Shown here: positions 21,579 through 33,478 of the stretch, piece by piece
How the letters are laid out: every line of letters starts with the position of its first letter
Numbering within the stretch: the first letter of the stretch is position 1
NCBI GenBank assembly: GCA_050952645.1
Contig: JBMNLI010000010.1
Location: forward strand, 128,001-192,000
Source: Bdellovibrionota bacterium
GTDB lineage: Bacteria; Bdellovibrionota_C; UBA2361; CAKMMH01
Direction: 5' to 3'
DNA length: 64,000 bases
The notes under the pieces: model-generated
The model's database searches: none
What the model saw: the letters and a program-made list of their open reading frames with translations, nothing else
What the model was told of the DNA's origin: nothing
Position numbers and translations under genes: made by a program

Positions 21579-22448
21579 TTAAAAAAACTTTTCTCCCCTA
21601 AACAATTCTTCATAGTTTACAAGCTTAAATTTGCTATAAATCCCTGAGGCTTTTGCCTTTCTTAGCTCTTCTAGTTCTCTATCTCTAGTAATATACGTAG
21701 TGTCTTTTATGGTCTCACTATCCATATACCCGACATGCGTCATTATTTCTAAACTTTTAGTATTATTTTTTAAATTCTTTTCTATTATCTTTATAAAGTT
21801 TTCTTTCGTAGCATTATCTCTTGAAAATTCAGTGCTAAAAACATCCACAGTATCGATGCCATTATCTCTAAAAAATTTAGTAAGTAGTGGATGCTCGCTT
21901 CTAATTTTTAACTCGCACTCTTTACAAACTTGAAGCGTTACCTCTCTTACCGCCTTATTTGCATGGAGTGCATTATGACAATCTATATGGTCTATTACTA
22001 CCCCATAAGATAAAACTTTTTCTATTTGTGCTTTTATTTCTCTATAAACATCTTCCTTTATAAAATTATGTGCTTCGTAATCTTTTAAGTCTGGAGCAAA
22101 GTTTATAAGCTTTTTTTCTTGCACTAACTCGCCTTGCGTCTTTTCATCATAATTTTCTAAGCTTTCACTATCGTATTTAAGAGCGGCCTTCTTATGGATA
22201 GCTTTAAAATTCCCTGCCTCTCCTACTAAACTTTCTAAATTAAGTAGTGGCTTTCCCTTAGTTAAATTAACGTGGAGTCCTAAGCCTAAGCCCTTATTTT
22301 GTTTAAAGCGTAAAATCGCATCTTCAGCATCTGGCATATTTATTAAAATGCTAGTGCTACTAATAAGTCCCTCTTTAAAAGCATCGATTATCCCCTTATT
22401 AACTCCTACTGAAAGACCAAAATCATCCGCATTTATAATTACTTTCAT
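21579..22448 (-). CDS. ChbG/YdjC-family carbohydrate deacetylase
   Basis: IINADDFG, GLHVNL, HIDCH, EIMTHVG. Confidence 0.9.
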   Translation of the reverse strand: MKVIINADDFGLSVGVNKGIIDAFKEGLISSTSILINMPDAEDAILRFKQNKGLGLGLHVNLTKGKPLLNLESLVGEAGNFKAIHKKAALKYDSESLENYDEKTQGELVQEKKLINFAPDLKDYEAHNFIKEDVYREIKAQIEKVLSYGVVIDHIDCHNALHANKAVREVTLQVCKECELKIRSEHPLLTKFFRDNGIDTVDVFSTEFSRDNATKENFIKIIEKNLKNNTKSLEIMTHVGYMDSETIKDTTYITRDRELEELRKAKASGIYSKFKLVNYEELFRGEKFF

Positions 22449-22449
22449 T

Positions 22450-22500
22450 TTTAATTCTATCTTTAATTCTATCTTTAATTCTATCTTTAATTCTATTTTA
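22450..22500. repeat. 12-bp tandem repeat (TTTAATTCTATC) x4
   Basis: Direct tandem copies between genes. Confidence 0.85.
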
Positions 22501-22508
22501 ATTTTATT

Positions 22509-23285
22509 TTAGTTTCTTTTATCATCTTTCCTTATAGCTTCAACTATAACTGGAGAGCCAAAAAGATATCTTAAACCTAAAACTCCAAAAAATTTTTCAG
22601 ATAACTCGCATAATACTCTTTTTTTAATTATTCTATAAAACACTAACGGCATAAAAAACTGTGGAATGCGTTTATTTATTTTAAAATTATTTTTAAAAAA
22701 TTCCTCTTTTATTTCTCTATCAAAAAATATTTTAAACGTTCTAGTATTTTCTTCTACCTTTTTTTTAAGTTTAAAAAATAGTTTATTTAAAATATTAAAA
22801 CTTCTATACGTAGGATAATCGATGATTACAATTTTTTTTGAAACTCTTGAAAGCTCTCTTATGCAATCTTCCCACTTAGCTAAATGGCATATTTGCCTAA
22901 AACATAGCACGGCATCAAACGCCTTATCTTCAAAAGGCAAACAGACTAAACTGCCTACTTTAAAATTACAGTTATCATTTTTTAAATATTCTTCAACACG
23001 CTTTTTACAAACCTCATGGCTTCCATAAATAGTAATATTATAATTTTTCTCTAAGAGATAAGGCGTAAGTTGCCCGTGCCCTCCCCCTACATCTAACAGA
23101 GTTTTTATATCATCATGCTTTTCTAATATACTTAAAACTGCTCTTCCTTGCACGTCTAATGCAAAGCTTCCAAACTCCCCTAGAAATCTGCTTGCGTATT
23201 CATCTGAAGAAGAATGAATATCTGGTGTTATATTATCTTCTAAATTATTTACAGCTAAGTTATTCTTATTTAAATCATTCTTCAT
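22509..23285 (-). CDS. Class I SAM-dependent methyltransferase
   Basis: LLDVGGGHG and LPFEDKAFD motifs. Confidence 0.85.
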   Translation of the reverse strand: MKNDLNKNNLAVNNLEDNITPDIHSSSDEYASRFLGEFGSFALDVQGRAVLSILEKHDDIKTLLDVGGGHGQLTPYLLEKNYNITIYGSHEVCKKRVEEYLKNDNCNFKVGSLVCLPFEDKAFDAVLCFRQICHLAKWEDCIRELSRVSKKIVIIDYPTYRSFNILNKLFFKLKKKVEENTRTFKIFFDREIKEEFFKNNFKINKRIPQFFMPLVFYRIIKKRVLCELSEKFFGVLGLRYLFGSPVIVEAIRKDDKRN

Positions 23286-23949
23286 ATTTTATCCTTTCAT
23301 CTAATAGCTCATTTACGCCATCAAAAATTAGTTTTATATCTTTATTTAAATTCGTCCCTTTGCATCTTCTAAATTTATTGCTTTCTCTTACTTTTATAAC
23401 CTCAAAGAGTTCTTCAAGTGGCAATAATAATTTTTTTTCTAATTTTTTTAAAAATAGCATCGTAATAAATAATATAAATAAAGCCATAAATACTAGCCCC
23501 CAAGCCCCAGCCATACTTATATTGGAAGCCTCTTTTTTTAATCTTACTATTTCTTTTTGATTTATTTTAAATAAATCATCTAAAGCCAACCTTAACTCTT
23601 TTCTCGCTACAGTATTATTTAATGCATTACCGCTTAAAAATGCTTTCTTATAATTTTCTTCTATCTTTGATAGAACTTCTTCTTCCTCTTTATTAGAAAT
23701 ATTTTCTTTAGCTTTATTTAAAGCTATTTTAAAATTTTTAATATTTTTTTTACTAGCGCTTTCATCTTTAATAACGCTTAATGCAAGCGCCATGCTCTTA
23801 GTGGCTTCAAGAGAAGAAACATTATTTTGAACTATTAAATCTATCGCTGGAATAATTCTTAAAAATAACCAAATGGTGCAAAATGAAACGGTTAAATTAA
23901 TCGCTACTAATACGACTCCGCAGATTTTTATAGAATTTGATAATTTCAT
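23275..23949 (-). CDS. Membrane protein with TM / four-helix-bundle sensor / TM / HAMP-like tail and no output domain
   Basis: Two hydrophobic helices flank a helical region; C-terminal LLLPLEEL...DIKLIFDGVNELLD. Confidence 0.55.
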   Translation of the reverse strand: MKLSNSIKICGVVLVAINLTVSFCTIWLFLRIIPAIDLIVQNNVSSLEATKSMALALSVIKDESASKKNIKNFKIALNKAKENISNKEEEEVLSKIEENYKKAFLSGNALNNTVARKELRLALDDLFKINQKEIVRLKKEASNISMAGAWGLVFMALFILFITMLFLKKLEKKLLLPLEELFEVIKVRESNKFRRCKGTNLNKDIKLIFDGVNELLDERIKYEE

Positions 23950-23967
23950 CTTATCCTTTAAAAAAAA

Positions 23968-24627
23968 TTAAAAAGTGTTAATAAATTTAGCTATCGCCTC
24001 TTCGGAAGATACGATAATAAGCTTATCGCCTTTGCATAATTTGTCAGTCGCTACTGGTTGAAAAATTTTAGGACTATTTCCTTTTCTAATAGCAGCAACT
24101 ACTATTCCAAATTTTTTAGGAAGTGCTAGCTCGACTAAATTTTTTCCTATCATGCTTTCTTGAACGTGAATTTCCGTTAAGTGTAAATCATTATCAAAAT
24201 TAACATCATTTATAATATCTCTATAAAGCACCCTATGGGCAAATCTTCTTCCAAATTCTTTTTCAGGATTTATAACTTGGTGAGCACCGACTAATTTTAA
24301 AATTCTCTCATGCGTTTTATCATTAGCTCTCGAAATTATATAAGGAGCGCCTATCTGTCTTAAAAGTGCTGTGCAAATAATAGAGCTTTCCTTTGACTCG
24401 TCCCCTATTGCGCAAATAACACAATCTCTTTTTTGTGGTTCAAACTTTAAAAGCTCCGCTTCATCGGTCGCATCGATAACGACAGCCTCTGTGGCAAACT
24501 CACTAGCCTCTTCTACTAGAAAGCGTTTTTTATCCATAGCAAGAACTGCAGCGCCTTTTTCAGATAAAGATTTCGCAAGCCCCATACCAAAATGCCCAAG
24601 GCCTATAATTAAAATTTCTTTTTCCAT
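23968..24627 (-). CDS. ktrA: Potassium uptake regulatory subunit KtrA/TrkA (RCK-N + RCK-C)
   Basis: IIGLGHFG nucleotide-binding motif, GAHQVINPE, IGKNLVELALP. Confidence 0.88.
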   Translation of the reverse strand: MEKEILIIGLGHFGMGLAKSLSEKGAAVLAMDKKRFLVEEASEFATEAVVIDATDEAELLKFEPQKRDCVICAIGDESKESSIICTALLRQIGAPYIISRANDKTHERILKLVGAHQVINPEKEFGRRFAHRVLYRDIINDVNFDNDLHLTEIHVQESMIGKNLVELALPKKFGIVVAAIRKGNSPKIFQPVATDKLCKGDKLIIVSSEEAIAKFINTF

Positions 24628-24709
24628 AATATATTTCCTTTACGTTTTATGTAAACTTAAAATCACTTAACACTCAGCTAACTTAATATTTATCTAACTT
24701 AAATATAGT

Positions 24710-26233
24710 TTAAGTTAAAGTAATCTTAGCTACTGGATACTTTGAGCCATCAAAATTTTGTCTTCCTTTTAAAATGGTAAACAGCGTTAAAGGGCCAACC
24801 TTACCTATAAACATAGCAAACATAATAATTACTTTTCCTATTTCATCTAGCTTAGAGGTAGCATCTAGCGAGATGCCACTCGTTGCTAATGCTGAAACTG
24901 CTTCAAAAAGCAAAAGCTTAGTAGGTATATCTTGCGTTGCTAAAAGCATTAAAAGTATTGTAAACCCTACTATTAAAGTCGCAATTAAAATCGTAATGGC
25001 CTTATAAACTGTATCTCTTCTTATCTCTCTTCCTTCGACTACGATATTTCTTTGATTACTAATAACGCTCCAAAATGTTAAAATAAGGATTGCAAATGTT
25101 GTAGTTTTTATCCCCCCTGCTATTCCTCCAGGGCTTCCGCCTATAAACATAAAGATAAGAAATATTATGTAAGTGATATCTTTAATATTTGAGATATTTA
25201 AAGATGTAAAACCTGCAGTTCTTACAGATGCAGACATAAACCAAGCATTGCTTATTTTATCTAGCACATCTAAACCACAAAGCGTATTGTTCCATTCTAA
25301 TAAAAGCAAACTAGCCGTTCCTACGATAAGTAAACTAATAGTAGTCGTTAGAGAGATTTTAGCTTGAGGACTTATTTTTTTTTGCATTAAAAATTTTGGA
25401 AATAGCATAGTTGCTACTGGGGAGATGCTTCCTATGATAATAAGCAAAGAAATTATTAGTAAAATTAAAGGACTAGTATTATAAGATATTAAACTATTTG
25501 CTTCTAAAAAAAACCCAGCATTACAAAAAGCTGAAATGGCAGTAAAAATTCCTTTATAAATGCTTTTTGCTCCCTCAACTCCATTTAAATAAAACAAAAA
25601 ACTTAAAATTGTAGCCCCTATTAGTTCAGTAAAAAAGACTAGTCTTCCCATATAAATTAAGGCTCGCTTTAAAGCACCCATTTCATCTGCTAAATCGCTA
25701 GTTAAAATTACCTCACTTTTAAAACTTATCTTCCCTACATTATGAATTACTATGCTTGCAATGCTCATTATACCTAAGCCGCCTAATTGGATAAGCACTA
25801 GAATAATAATTTGCCCAAGATAAGAAAACTTTGTTCCTATATCCACAGGTGAAAGCCCTGCTACGCAAGTAGCGCTAACCGCCGTAAAAAAAGCATCGAT
25901 AGGTTTTACTCGTTCTAGTTGAGAAAAAGGAAAATTTAAAAGTAGCCCCCCTATTAAAGAAAGTGATGCTAGGTATACGACTATCATTTTTGCTGGATGG
26001 TTTAAAAAAAGCTCAATTCCAGATTCTTTTTTTTCGTGGAGATTTTTTCTTATACTTTTTATAGAAATATTTTTGCAATCGCTTAGAAAAAAATATAAGT
26101 AGATAAACAAACTTCCAAGAATTAAGACTAAAAAAGGATTGCTACTTATAGTTTCAAAATAAAACCAAGTAAAAAACGCACATAAAAATGTGGTAATTAT
26201 TTTTAAAAACAAACCTACGCTCATAAAAAACAT
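24710..26233 (-). CDS. ktrB: Potassium uptake membrane subunit KtrB/TrkH
   Basis: Pore loops SATCVAGL, SAFCNAGF, SVRTAGF, SALATSGI; GGSPGGIAGGIK. Confidence 0.9.
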   Translation of the reverse strand: MFFMSVGLFLKIITTFLCAFFTWFYFETISSNPFLVLILGSLFIYLYFFLSDCKNISIKSIRKNLHEKKESGIELFLNHPAKMIVVYLASLSLIGGLLLNFPFSQLERVKPIDAFFTAVSATCVAGLSPVDIGTKFSYLGQIIILVLIQLGGLGIMSIASIVIHNVGKISFKSEVILTSDLADEMGALKRALIYMGRLVFFTELIGATILSFLFYLNGVEGAKSIYKGIFTAISAFCNAGFFLEANSLISYNTSPLILLIISLLIIIGSISPVATMLFPKFLMQKKISPQAKISLTTTISLLIVGTASLLLLEWNNTLCGLDVLDKISNAWFMSASVRTAGFTSLNISNIKDITYIIFLIFMFIGGSPGGIAGGIKTTTFAILILTFWSVISNQRNIVVEGREIRRDTVYKAITILIATLIVGFTILLMLLATQDIPTKLLLFEAVSALATSGISLDATSKLDEIGKVIIMFAMFIGKVGPLTLFTILKGRQNFDGSKYPVAKITLT

Positions 26234-26322
26234 TTTAAACTATTTTAGTTTATTTAGGAATATAGTGAAAAGAACTAAAAAGAACTAAAATAATATACTA
26301 AAAAAAACTTCTTGTAGCTTGC

Positions 26323-27390
26323 TTATCCTTCATGTTTTAACGCTTCAGATTGGAAATAAGCGATAACTGGGTCTAGCATTAAATCGACATCGCCCTCCAT
26401 TAAAGCATCAAGATTATGTATAGAGTATCCTATTCTATGATCCGTCACGCGTGATTGAGGATAATTGTAAGTCCTTATTTTCTCAGAGCGATCCCCCGTG
26501 CCTACTTGAGATTTTCTATCTTCGGAACGTTCGTTTGCCATTTCTTGTTCTTTTTGCTCTAAAAGCCTTGCTCTTAAAATTCTCATAGCCTTGTCTTTAT
26601 TTTTAAATTGTGATTTCTCATCTTGCATAGCGACTACTATTCCAGTTGGAATGTGAGTGATTCTTACGGCCGAGTCGGTCGTATTTACGCATTGCCCCCC
26701 TGGGCCGCTTGCTCTATAAACATCTATTCTTAAATCTTTTTCATTTATCTCAACATCGACCTCTTCGGCTTCAGGAAGCACTGCGACGGTGCAAGTAGAG
26801 GTATGAACTCGTCCTTGCGATTCAGTCGTTGGAACTCTTTGCACTCGATGCACTCCACTTTCATATTTAAGTTTACTATAAGCGCCTTCGCCTGCAATCA
26901 TCGCTATCACCTCTTTATATCCCCCAGTGCTCCCTTCAGAGGCACTCATTAAGTCTATTTTCCAACCTAACGTCTCTGCGTAGCGAGAATACATTCTAAA
27001 AAGGTCGCCAGCAAAAATAGAAGCCTCATCACCTCCTGCACCTGCTCTTATTTCTAAAATTACATTTTTATCATCATTAGGGTCTTTAGGTAAAAGAAGA
27101 ATTTGTAACTCTTGTTCGAGCACAGGAAGCTTTTCTTCTAGCTCTTTTAATTCCTCTTTTGCTAGTGCTACAAGGTCTGCATCTTCACCTTGGTAAATTA
27201 TATCTTTACTGCTCTGCACATCGCTTAAAACTTTTTTATAATCTCGATATACTAGCACGACTTTTTCTTGTGCCTTGTATTCTTTAGAAAGTTTTTCAAA
27301 AAGAGATCTATTTTGCACTACTTCCATATCTGAAAGCTGTCTAGATAACTCTTCGTATCTTTGTTCTACCTCATCTAATTTACTAAACAT
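26323..27390 (-). CDS. prfA: Peptide chain release factor 1
   Basis: HRVQRVPTT (PxT), GPGGQ, RSEKIRTYNYPQ. Confidence 0.97.
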   Translation of the reverse strand: MFSKLDEVEQRYEELSRQLSDMEVVQNRSLFEKLSKEYKAQEKVVLVYRDYKKVLSDVQSSKDIIYQGEDADLVALAKEELKELEEKLPVLEQELQILLLPKDPNDDKNVILEIRAGAGGDEASIFAGDLFRMYSRYAETLGWKIDLMSASEGSTGGYKEVIAMIAGEGAYSKLKYESGVHRVQRVPTTESQGRVHTSTCTVAVLPEAEEVDVEINEKDLRIDVYRASGPGGQCVNTTDSAVRITHIPTGIVVAMQDEKSQFKNKDKAMRILRARLLEQKEQEMANERSEDRKSQVGTGDRSEKIRTYNYPQSRVTDHRIGYSIHNLDALMEGDVDLMLDPVIAYFQSEALKHEG

Positions 27391-27527
27391 ATAAACTTTA
27401 TACTCAAAAATATTAAATAAAAAAATTATAATATTATAATAACTTTACTATTATTACAGATATTATAAAACTTAGGTTAAAAATATTTAATTTTAATTTT
27501 AATTTAAGAAAATTTTTACAACAAAAG

Positions 27528-28817
27528 CTAGCTTTCAGCAAGTCTAATAGCTTCTGAAAAAATTTGCACACGGTAAGGAACTATTTTTTTATTAGAGCGT
27601 AAAGGGTGCACTCTATTTGCAAGAAGTGCTACTATTAAATCCTTCTTTGGGTCTATCCAAAGTGAGCAACCCGTAAAAGAATTTATTCCTACGGCGCTAC
27701 TAGAAAATCCACACGATAACATCATATTTTCTTTTGAGGCTCTTTCCCATAAATATGGCGCTTGCTCCGTTTCATAACCTAAAAATTCTTTAGTTATATG
27801 CTCATCGAAGACATCGCTTTCTCCACGAAGTGCTTTTAAGATTTCTATCGCAAAAATAGTAACGTCTTGCACATTTGAAAAAAGCCCGGCGTTGCCTGCC
27901 ACTCCTCCCATTGCCCAAGCGTTATCGTTTTGCACTTCACCGCATAAAGTTTTTTCTCTCCAATCGCAACGCTCCGTCGGGGCTATTAAAGATAACACTG
28001 GGGATAATTTTTTTAATCTTAAAAGTGCCAAATCGACAAAGCCTGAACTAGTTAAGTTTAGTGGCTCTGCAATTTCTTTATAAAACGCTTTATCTAAAGT
28101 ATTACCGCTTAACACTTCTACTATAAATCCTAAAAGTATATTTGCGACCTCGCTATAATAAACTTTTGTGTTAGGTTGAGTTTTTAAATTGCTTCTTACT
28201 ATTTTATTTAAAACGTATTCCTTAGCACCACGACTAGCAAGCATTCCTATCCTACTTCCTTGACTATTTTTTGAAATCTCTTCATAAAAAGGGTATGAAG
28301 ACATAAGGCCAGATTGAGAGGTTAATAAATTTTTTATTGAAATAAGCGATTTACCATTTACGCTAAAACCTTGTAAATAACGACTAACTAAATCATCGAC
28401 GCTACATTTTTCTTGTTTTATAAGTTTCATAACTAAGCTTGCCGTGCAGAATAATAAGGTAAGTTCTCCTAAATCGTAAACTGTCGTTTCATTTACAGCG
28501 GAGTTTTTATCCGTCCACTCATCTTCTTCAGTAAGTCTATATCCGCAAGCTTTTATAAAATGAAATTGATCTTCTTTATTATAATTTTTTACTATGGATA
28601 TAACGGCTCCAGGAAAGACATTGTTATCTACTGCTTTTTCTAGACAAGAAATGATGCTTGATACGTTTTTGCCAAATAATACGCTTTGAGCCTCTGCATC
28701 TTGATTATAAACATCTTGATTATAAGCATCTTGATTGTAAACATTATTATTATTTTGTGATATATTGCTCGATATATCACTCGATAAATTTTTAAAATCT
28801 TTTGCAGTATTACTCAT
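27528..28817 (-). CDS. Beta-lactamase/serine-hydrolase family protein with a degenerate active site
   Basis: FPGAV, GEVQNDNAWAMGGVAGNAGLFS, FTGCSLWIDP, NRVHP; SxxK replaced (DLGELTL). Confidence 0.8.
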   Translation of the reverse strand: MSNTAKDFKNLSSDISSNISQNNNNVYNQDAYNQDVYNQDAEAQSVLFGKNVSSIISCLEKAVDNNVFPGAVISIVKNYNKEDQFHFIKACGYRLTEEDEWTDKNSAVNETTVYDLGELTLLFCTASLVMKLIKQEKCSVDDLVSRYLQGFSVNGKSLISIKNLLTSQSGLMSSYPFYEEISKNSQGSRIGMLASRGAKEYVLNKIVRSNLKTQPNTKVYYSEVANILLGFIVEVLSGNTLDKAFYKEIAEPLNLTSSGFVDLALLRLKKLSPVLSLIAPTERCDWREKTLCGEVQNDNAWAMGGVAGNAGLFSNVQDVTIFAIEILKALRGESDVFDEHITKEFLGYETEQAPYLWERASKENMMLSCGFSSSAVGINSFTGCSLWIDPKKDLIVALLANRVHPLRSNKKIVPYRVQIFSEAIRLAES

Positions 28818-28820
28818 AGT

Positions 28821-28960
28821 TTTTTTATCTCATTGTTTTTATTAATCTCATTATTTTTATTAATCTCATTATTTTTATTAATCTCATTATTTTTATAATC
28901 TCAACGTTTTTTAAATCTCATTATTTTTTTAATCTCATAGCTTTTTAAAAGCTCATTATT
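28821..28960. repeat. ~19-20-bp degenerate tandem repeat (TTTTATTAATCTCATTAT) x~7
   Basis: Consecutive ATCTCA-containing units directly upstream of the 28817 start. Confidence 0.8.
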
Positions 28961-29169
28961 TTTATAATTTTTTATAATAGTTATTTTTTGTTATTATTTT
29001 TAAAAACTAACAAGCATAAACACGACTATAAATATAACAAAAGTTTAATAAACTTGCAAAATATTAGAGTATGTAATTTAAATACGTAAATTGTAATACT
29101 TAAAAAGGCTTAAAATAAGCTTAAAAACTTTAATAAATTAGGCTATTTAAAAAAAACTTTATCGTTTTA

Positions 29170-29199
29170 CTTGAAAAAAGTAAAAACGATGTGCATATA
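29170..29199 (+). promoter_or_regulatory. Putative sigma32-like heat-shock promoter of groESL
   Basis: CTTGAAA-N14-GTGCATATA resembles the CTTGAAA...CCCCATAT consensus; no CIRCE seen. Confidence 0.45.
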
Positions 29200-29223
29200 A
29201 GTTAAGTATTAAGATTTTTTTTA

Positions 29224-29248
29224 GTTCTTTCACGTTTAGCGTGAAGAG
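29224..29248. repeat. Minimal copy of the palindromic element (copy 4) in the groES leader
   Basis: GTTCTTTCACG-TTTAG-CGTGAAGAG. Confidence 0.65.
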
Positions 29249-29462
29249 ATAAAATTTTTTAGATTAAACGAAAATTTTAAGTTTGAAGGTTCTTCTGGCA
29301 TTTTAAGTAGAGAAATTATTAAATGAGAAAAGATTAAGTAAGTAAAAATCCAAGTAAAAAAAAACGCTTAATAACACTTAATAACATAACTTAATAACAT
29401 AAGAAGAGCAAAAAAACTTTAAAATATTATTAGAATTTTAATTTATTATTGGAGGATAGATA

Positions 29463-29753
29463 ATGACTAAAATAAGACCATTACAAGATCGTCTAATCGT
29501 AAGACGATTAGATAGTGAAGAGAAAACATCGGGAGGGCTTTACATTCCTGATTCTGCTAAGGAAAAACCACAACAAGGAGAAGTAGTCGCTGTTGGAAAA
29601 GGAAAAGTAAAGGAAGACGGCACTGTAATTCCTATGGATATTAAGAAAGGAGATAAGATTCTTTTCGGGAAATATTCGGGTTCAGAAATCAAACTAGATG
29701 GCGAAGAACTTTTAATTATGCGTGAAGATGAAGTTCTAGGCGTGCTAGAGTAA
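29463..29753 (+). CDS. groES: Co-chaperonin GroES
   Basis: [23 protein letters not shown]. Confidence 0.98.
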   Translation: MTKIRPLQDRLIVRRLDSEEKTSGGLYIPDSAKEKPQQGEVVAVGKGKVKEDGTVIPMDIKKGDKILFGKYSGSEIKLDGEELLIMREDEVLGVLE

Positions 29754-29794
29754 GAGAAAATTTTAACAATAAGTTTAATAAATAAATTTAATAA

Positions 29795-31450
<1,656 letters not shown>

Positions 31451-31467
31451 TACATCTATAAAAAAAA

Positions 31468-31583
31468 GGTTCTTTCTCGTTTTAAGCGTGTTTATTTAAA
31501 TTTGATATAGAAAATTTTTTAATATGAAAATTTAAGTATATTTTACTTTTAAAAGTAAATAACGCATAAAACGTTAAAGAGCC
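31468..31583. repeat. Dispersed palindromic element copy 5
   Basis: GGTTCTTTCTCGTTTTAAGCGT ... ACGCATAAAACGTTAAAGAGCC just after the groEL stop. Confidence 0.75.
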
Positions 31584-31619
31584 TAAGGCCTATAAAAAAA
31601 TATAGCCTATAAAAAAATA

Positions 31620-31657
31620 AGCCTAGTGAAAAAAGCAAAACTTTTTTTCGCTAGGCT
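31620..31657. terminator. Hairpin terminator between groEL and the convergent gene
   Basis: AGCCTAGTGAAAAAAG...CTTTTTTTCGCTAGGCT. Confidence 0.65.
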
Positions 31658-31725
31658 ATATTTAAAATTAAGCGTCGAAAACTAACACTTAAAGCTAAAC
31701 CTTTTTACTAGCTTTCTATTTTTAT

Positions 31726-32345
31726 TTATTTACCTTTAGCATTTTTTTCTAAAAAATGAAGATTAACGAGTAAGTTAAAATCCACCACTTCAACATCTTG
31801 AAAGTTTCCAAATTCAAGATAAATCCTCAATGCCGCAACAGCCATAGCAGAATCAGGGTCGACCTTTATTTCGCTAACTTTATCGGGACCTATTCCTCTT
31901 GCTTTAGCTACGCTAGGCACTTTGTTAACATCAATAAAGACCAATTCATCAGTGTTAAGTATGCCTTCATTTTTGTTAGTCACTTTTAAAGCGTAAACTT
32001 TAAAGCTTCGAGTATGCTCAGAAACACGAGGAACAGCCTTAGGATCACTAGGAGGACGACCAAAAACAATACTTTTACTAGTAAAATAAATATTAAAAGA
32101 GCCAATACTCTCTAAATCTTTACTTTCAAAGCCACACCCTTTAATACAGAACCGCTTATTAAACGCATTAATAATAGCAGTGCATCGGTCTAATTTTCAC
32201 CCCTGATAGGGACACGACACGCAAAAAGCAAACCCTGTCCTCTGTATATAGGCTCAGTCTGACGCAGGAGCACACAACTTGCTACGTTACTTCCTTCTTC
32301 TTCTTCTTCTACCTTATACGGCATAACAATGCTCCAATCAGCCAT
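31726..32345 (-). pseudogene. Frameshifted ~206-aa hypothetical gene, weakly Nudix-like
   Basis: SD-like GAGGGAAAGG before ATG 32345; 51 codons to TAG at 32192-32190; the -1 frame runs open from 32196 into ORF 31726..31983. Confidence 0.55.
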
Positions 32346-32677
32346 ACCTTTCCCTCATTGTTAGGCTTTCTTTATTAAACCTAAAAGACTTTTTGCCAAA
32401 AATAACAACTAAAGACTAATATTATTTTTCTAAAACCCTTTACGCTAATTTCTATGCTTAAAATAGGAACGCCTTTCGCTCCTTAAAAAAATTTTAAGCA
32501 AAACAACATTATATTTTACAATGATTTTAATCCCTAAAGTCAAGCATATCTTATACTATAAAATGTTAAAAGATATAAAAAAAGCCTTAGGCTTAATAAA
32601 GTTTTGCTTTTTAAACTTTATTTTCAAGCATTACTCCTAGCATTACCATCTATTTAACTACTTACTTTACCATCTAT

Positions 32678-33478
32678 CTAACTATCCTTCTGATTATTTA
32701 CTTGATTATTTAATAAACTAGCTTCTGATTTCTTAGCTTTTTTCTTATCTAAATATGAAATAACGGGACCACTTACGCAATATATCGCCGAGATAGCGAG
32801 CAAAACTACCTTTGGATACCACCAAAGTAAACCTAAAAATATAGCTATTAAAATAATACTATTCATTTGAGAATGGTTAGGAAGCTTTAAAAGCTTTATA
32901 CTTATAAATCTATAATTTGAAACCATCAAAAATGATACATAACACATAACTACCGAAACTACACAAGAAAGCGCAAACGATGGCTCAACTCCCGGCTTCC
33001 TAAAAGCAAAAATTAAAGACATCATAACTACCGCCGCAAAAGTAGTAGGAAGCCCCTCAAACGATTTTAAATTTTCTGCGGAACTATTAAACCTTGCAAG
33101 CCTACAAGCCGCACACACTACATATATAAATGAAATAAAAATTCCAAGCTCATCATAATACATAACCATCGCCCAATTATAACATAAAATTGCAGGTGCT
33201 AATCCAAAAGAAACTAAATCTGAAAGTGAATCAAACTCAAAACCAAACTTCGTGCATGCATCTAGTTTTCTTGCCGTTCGCCCATCTAACCCATCTAATA
33301 TTACGGCTAAAAAAACGTAAAATATAGCCTTTTTAAAATTTCCTCCATACGCATAGCAGATAGCTAGAAAACCACAAAACATATTTCCAACGGTTAAAAG
33401 ATTAGGAAGCAAAAATCTCCCCTTATACATCTTTTCCTTTAATCTCGCTCTCTTAGTAATTAAACGCTCTTTTGCCAT
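32678..33478 (-). CDS. pssA: CDP-diacylglycerol--serine O-phosphatidyltransferase
   Basis: LPNLLT, DGLDGRTAR...FGFEFDSLSDLVSFGLAPA, RLARFN, FEGLP. Confidence 0.92.
   Translation of the reverse strand: MAKERLITKRARLKEKMYKGRFLLPNLLTVGNMFCGFLAICYAYGGNFKKAIFYVFLAVILDGLDGRTARKLDACTKFGFEFDSLSDLVSFGLAPAILCYNWAMVMYYDELGIFISFIYVVCAACRLARFNSSAENLKSFEGLPTTFAAVVMMSLIFAFRKPGVEPSFALSCVVSVVMCYVSFLMVSNYRFISIKLLKLPNHSQMNSIILIAIFLGLLWWYPKVVLLAISAIYCVSGPVISYLDKKKAKKSEASLLNNQVNNQKDS

Noticed and set aside
24630..24655. Additional solo arm of the palindromic family (TTTCCTTTACGTTTTATG)
   Set aside because: Too degenerate, and it overlaps the ktrA ribosome-binding region
28821..28960. Possible CRISPR array among the tandem repeats (also 4693 and 33611)
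   Set aside because: Units are contiguous with no unique spacers, are too short, and no cas genes are present
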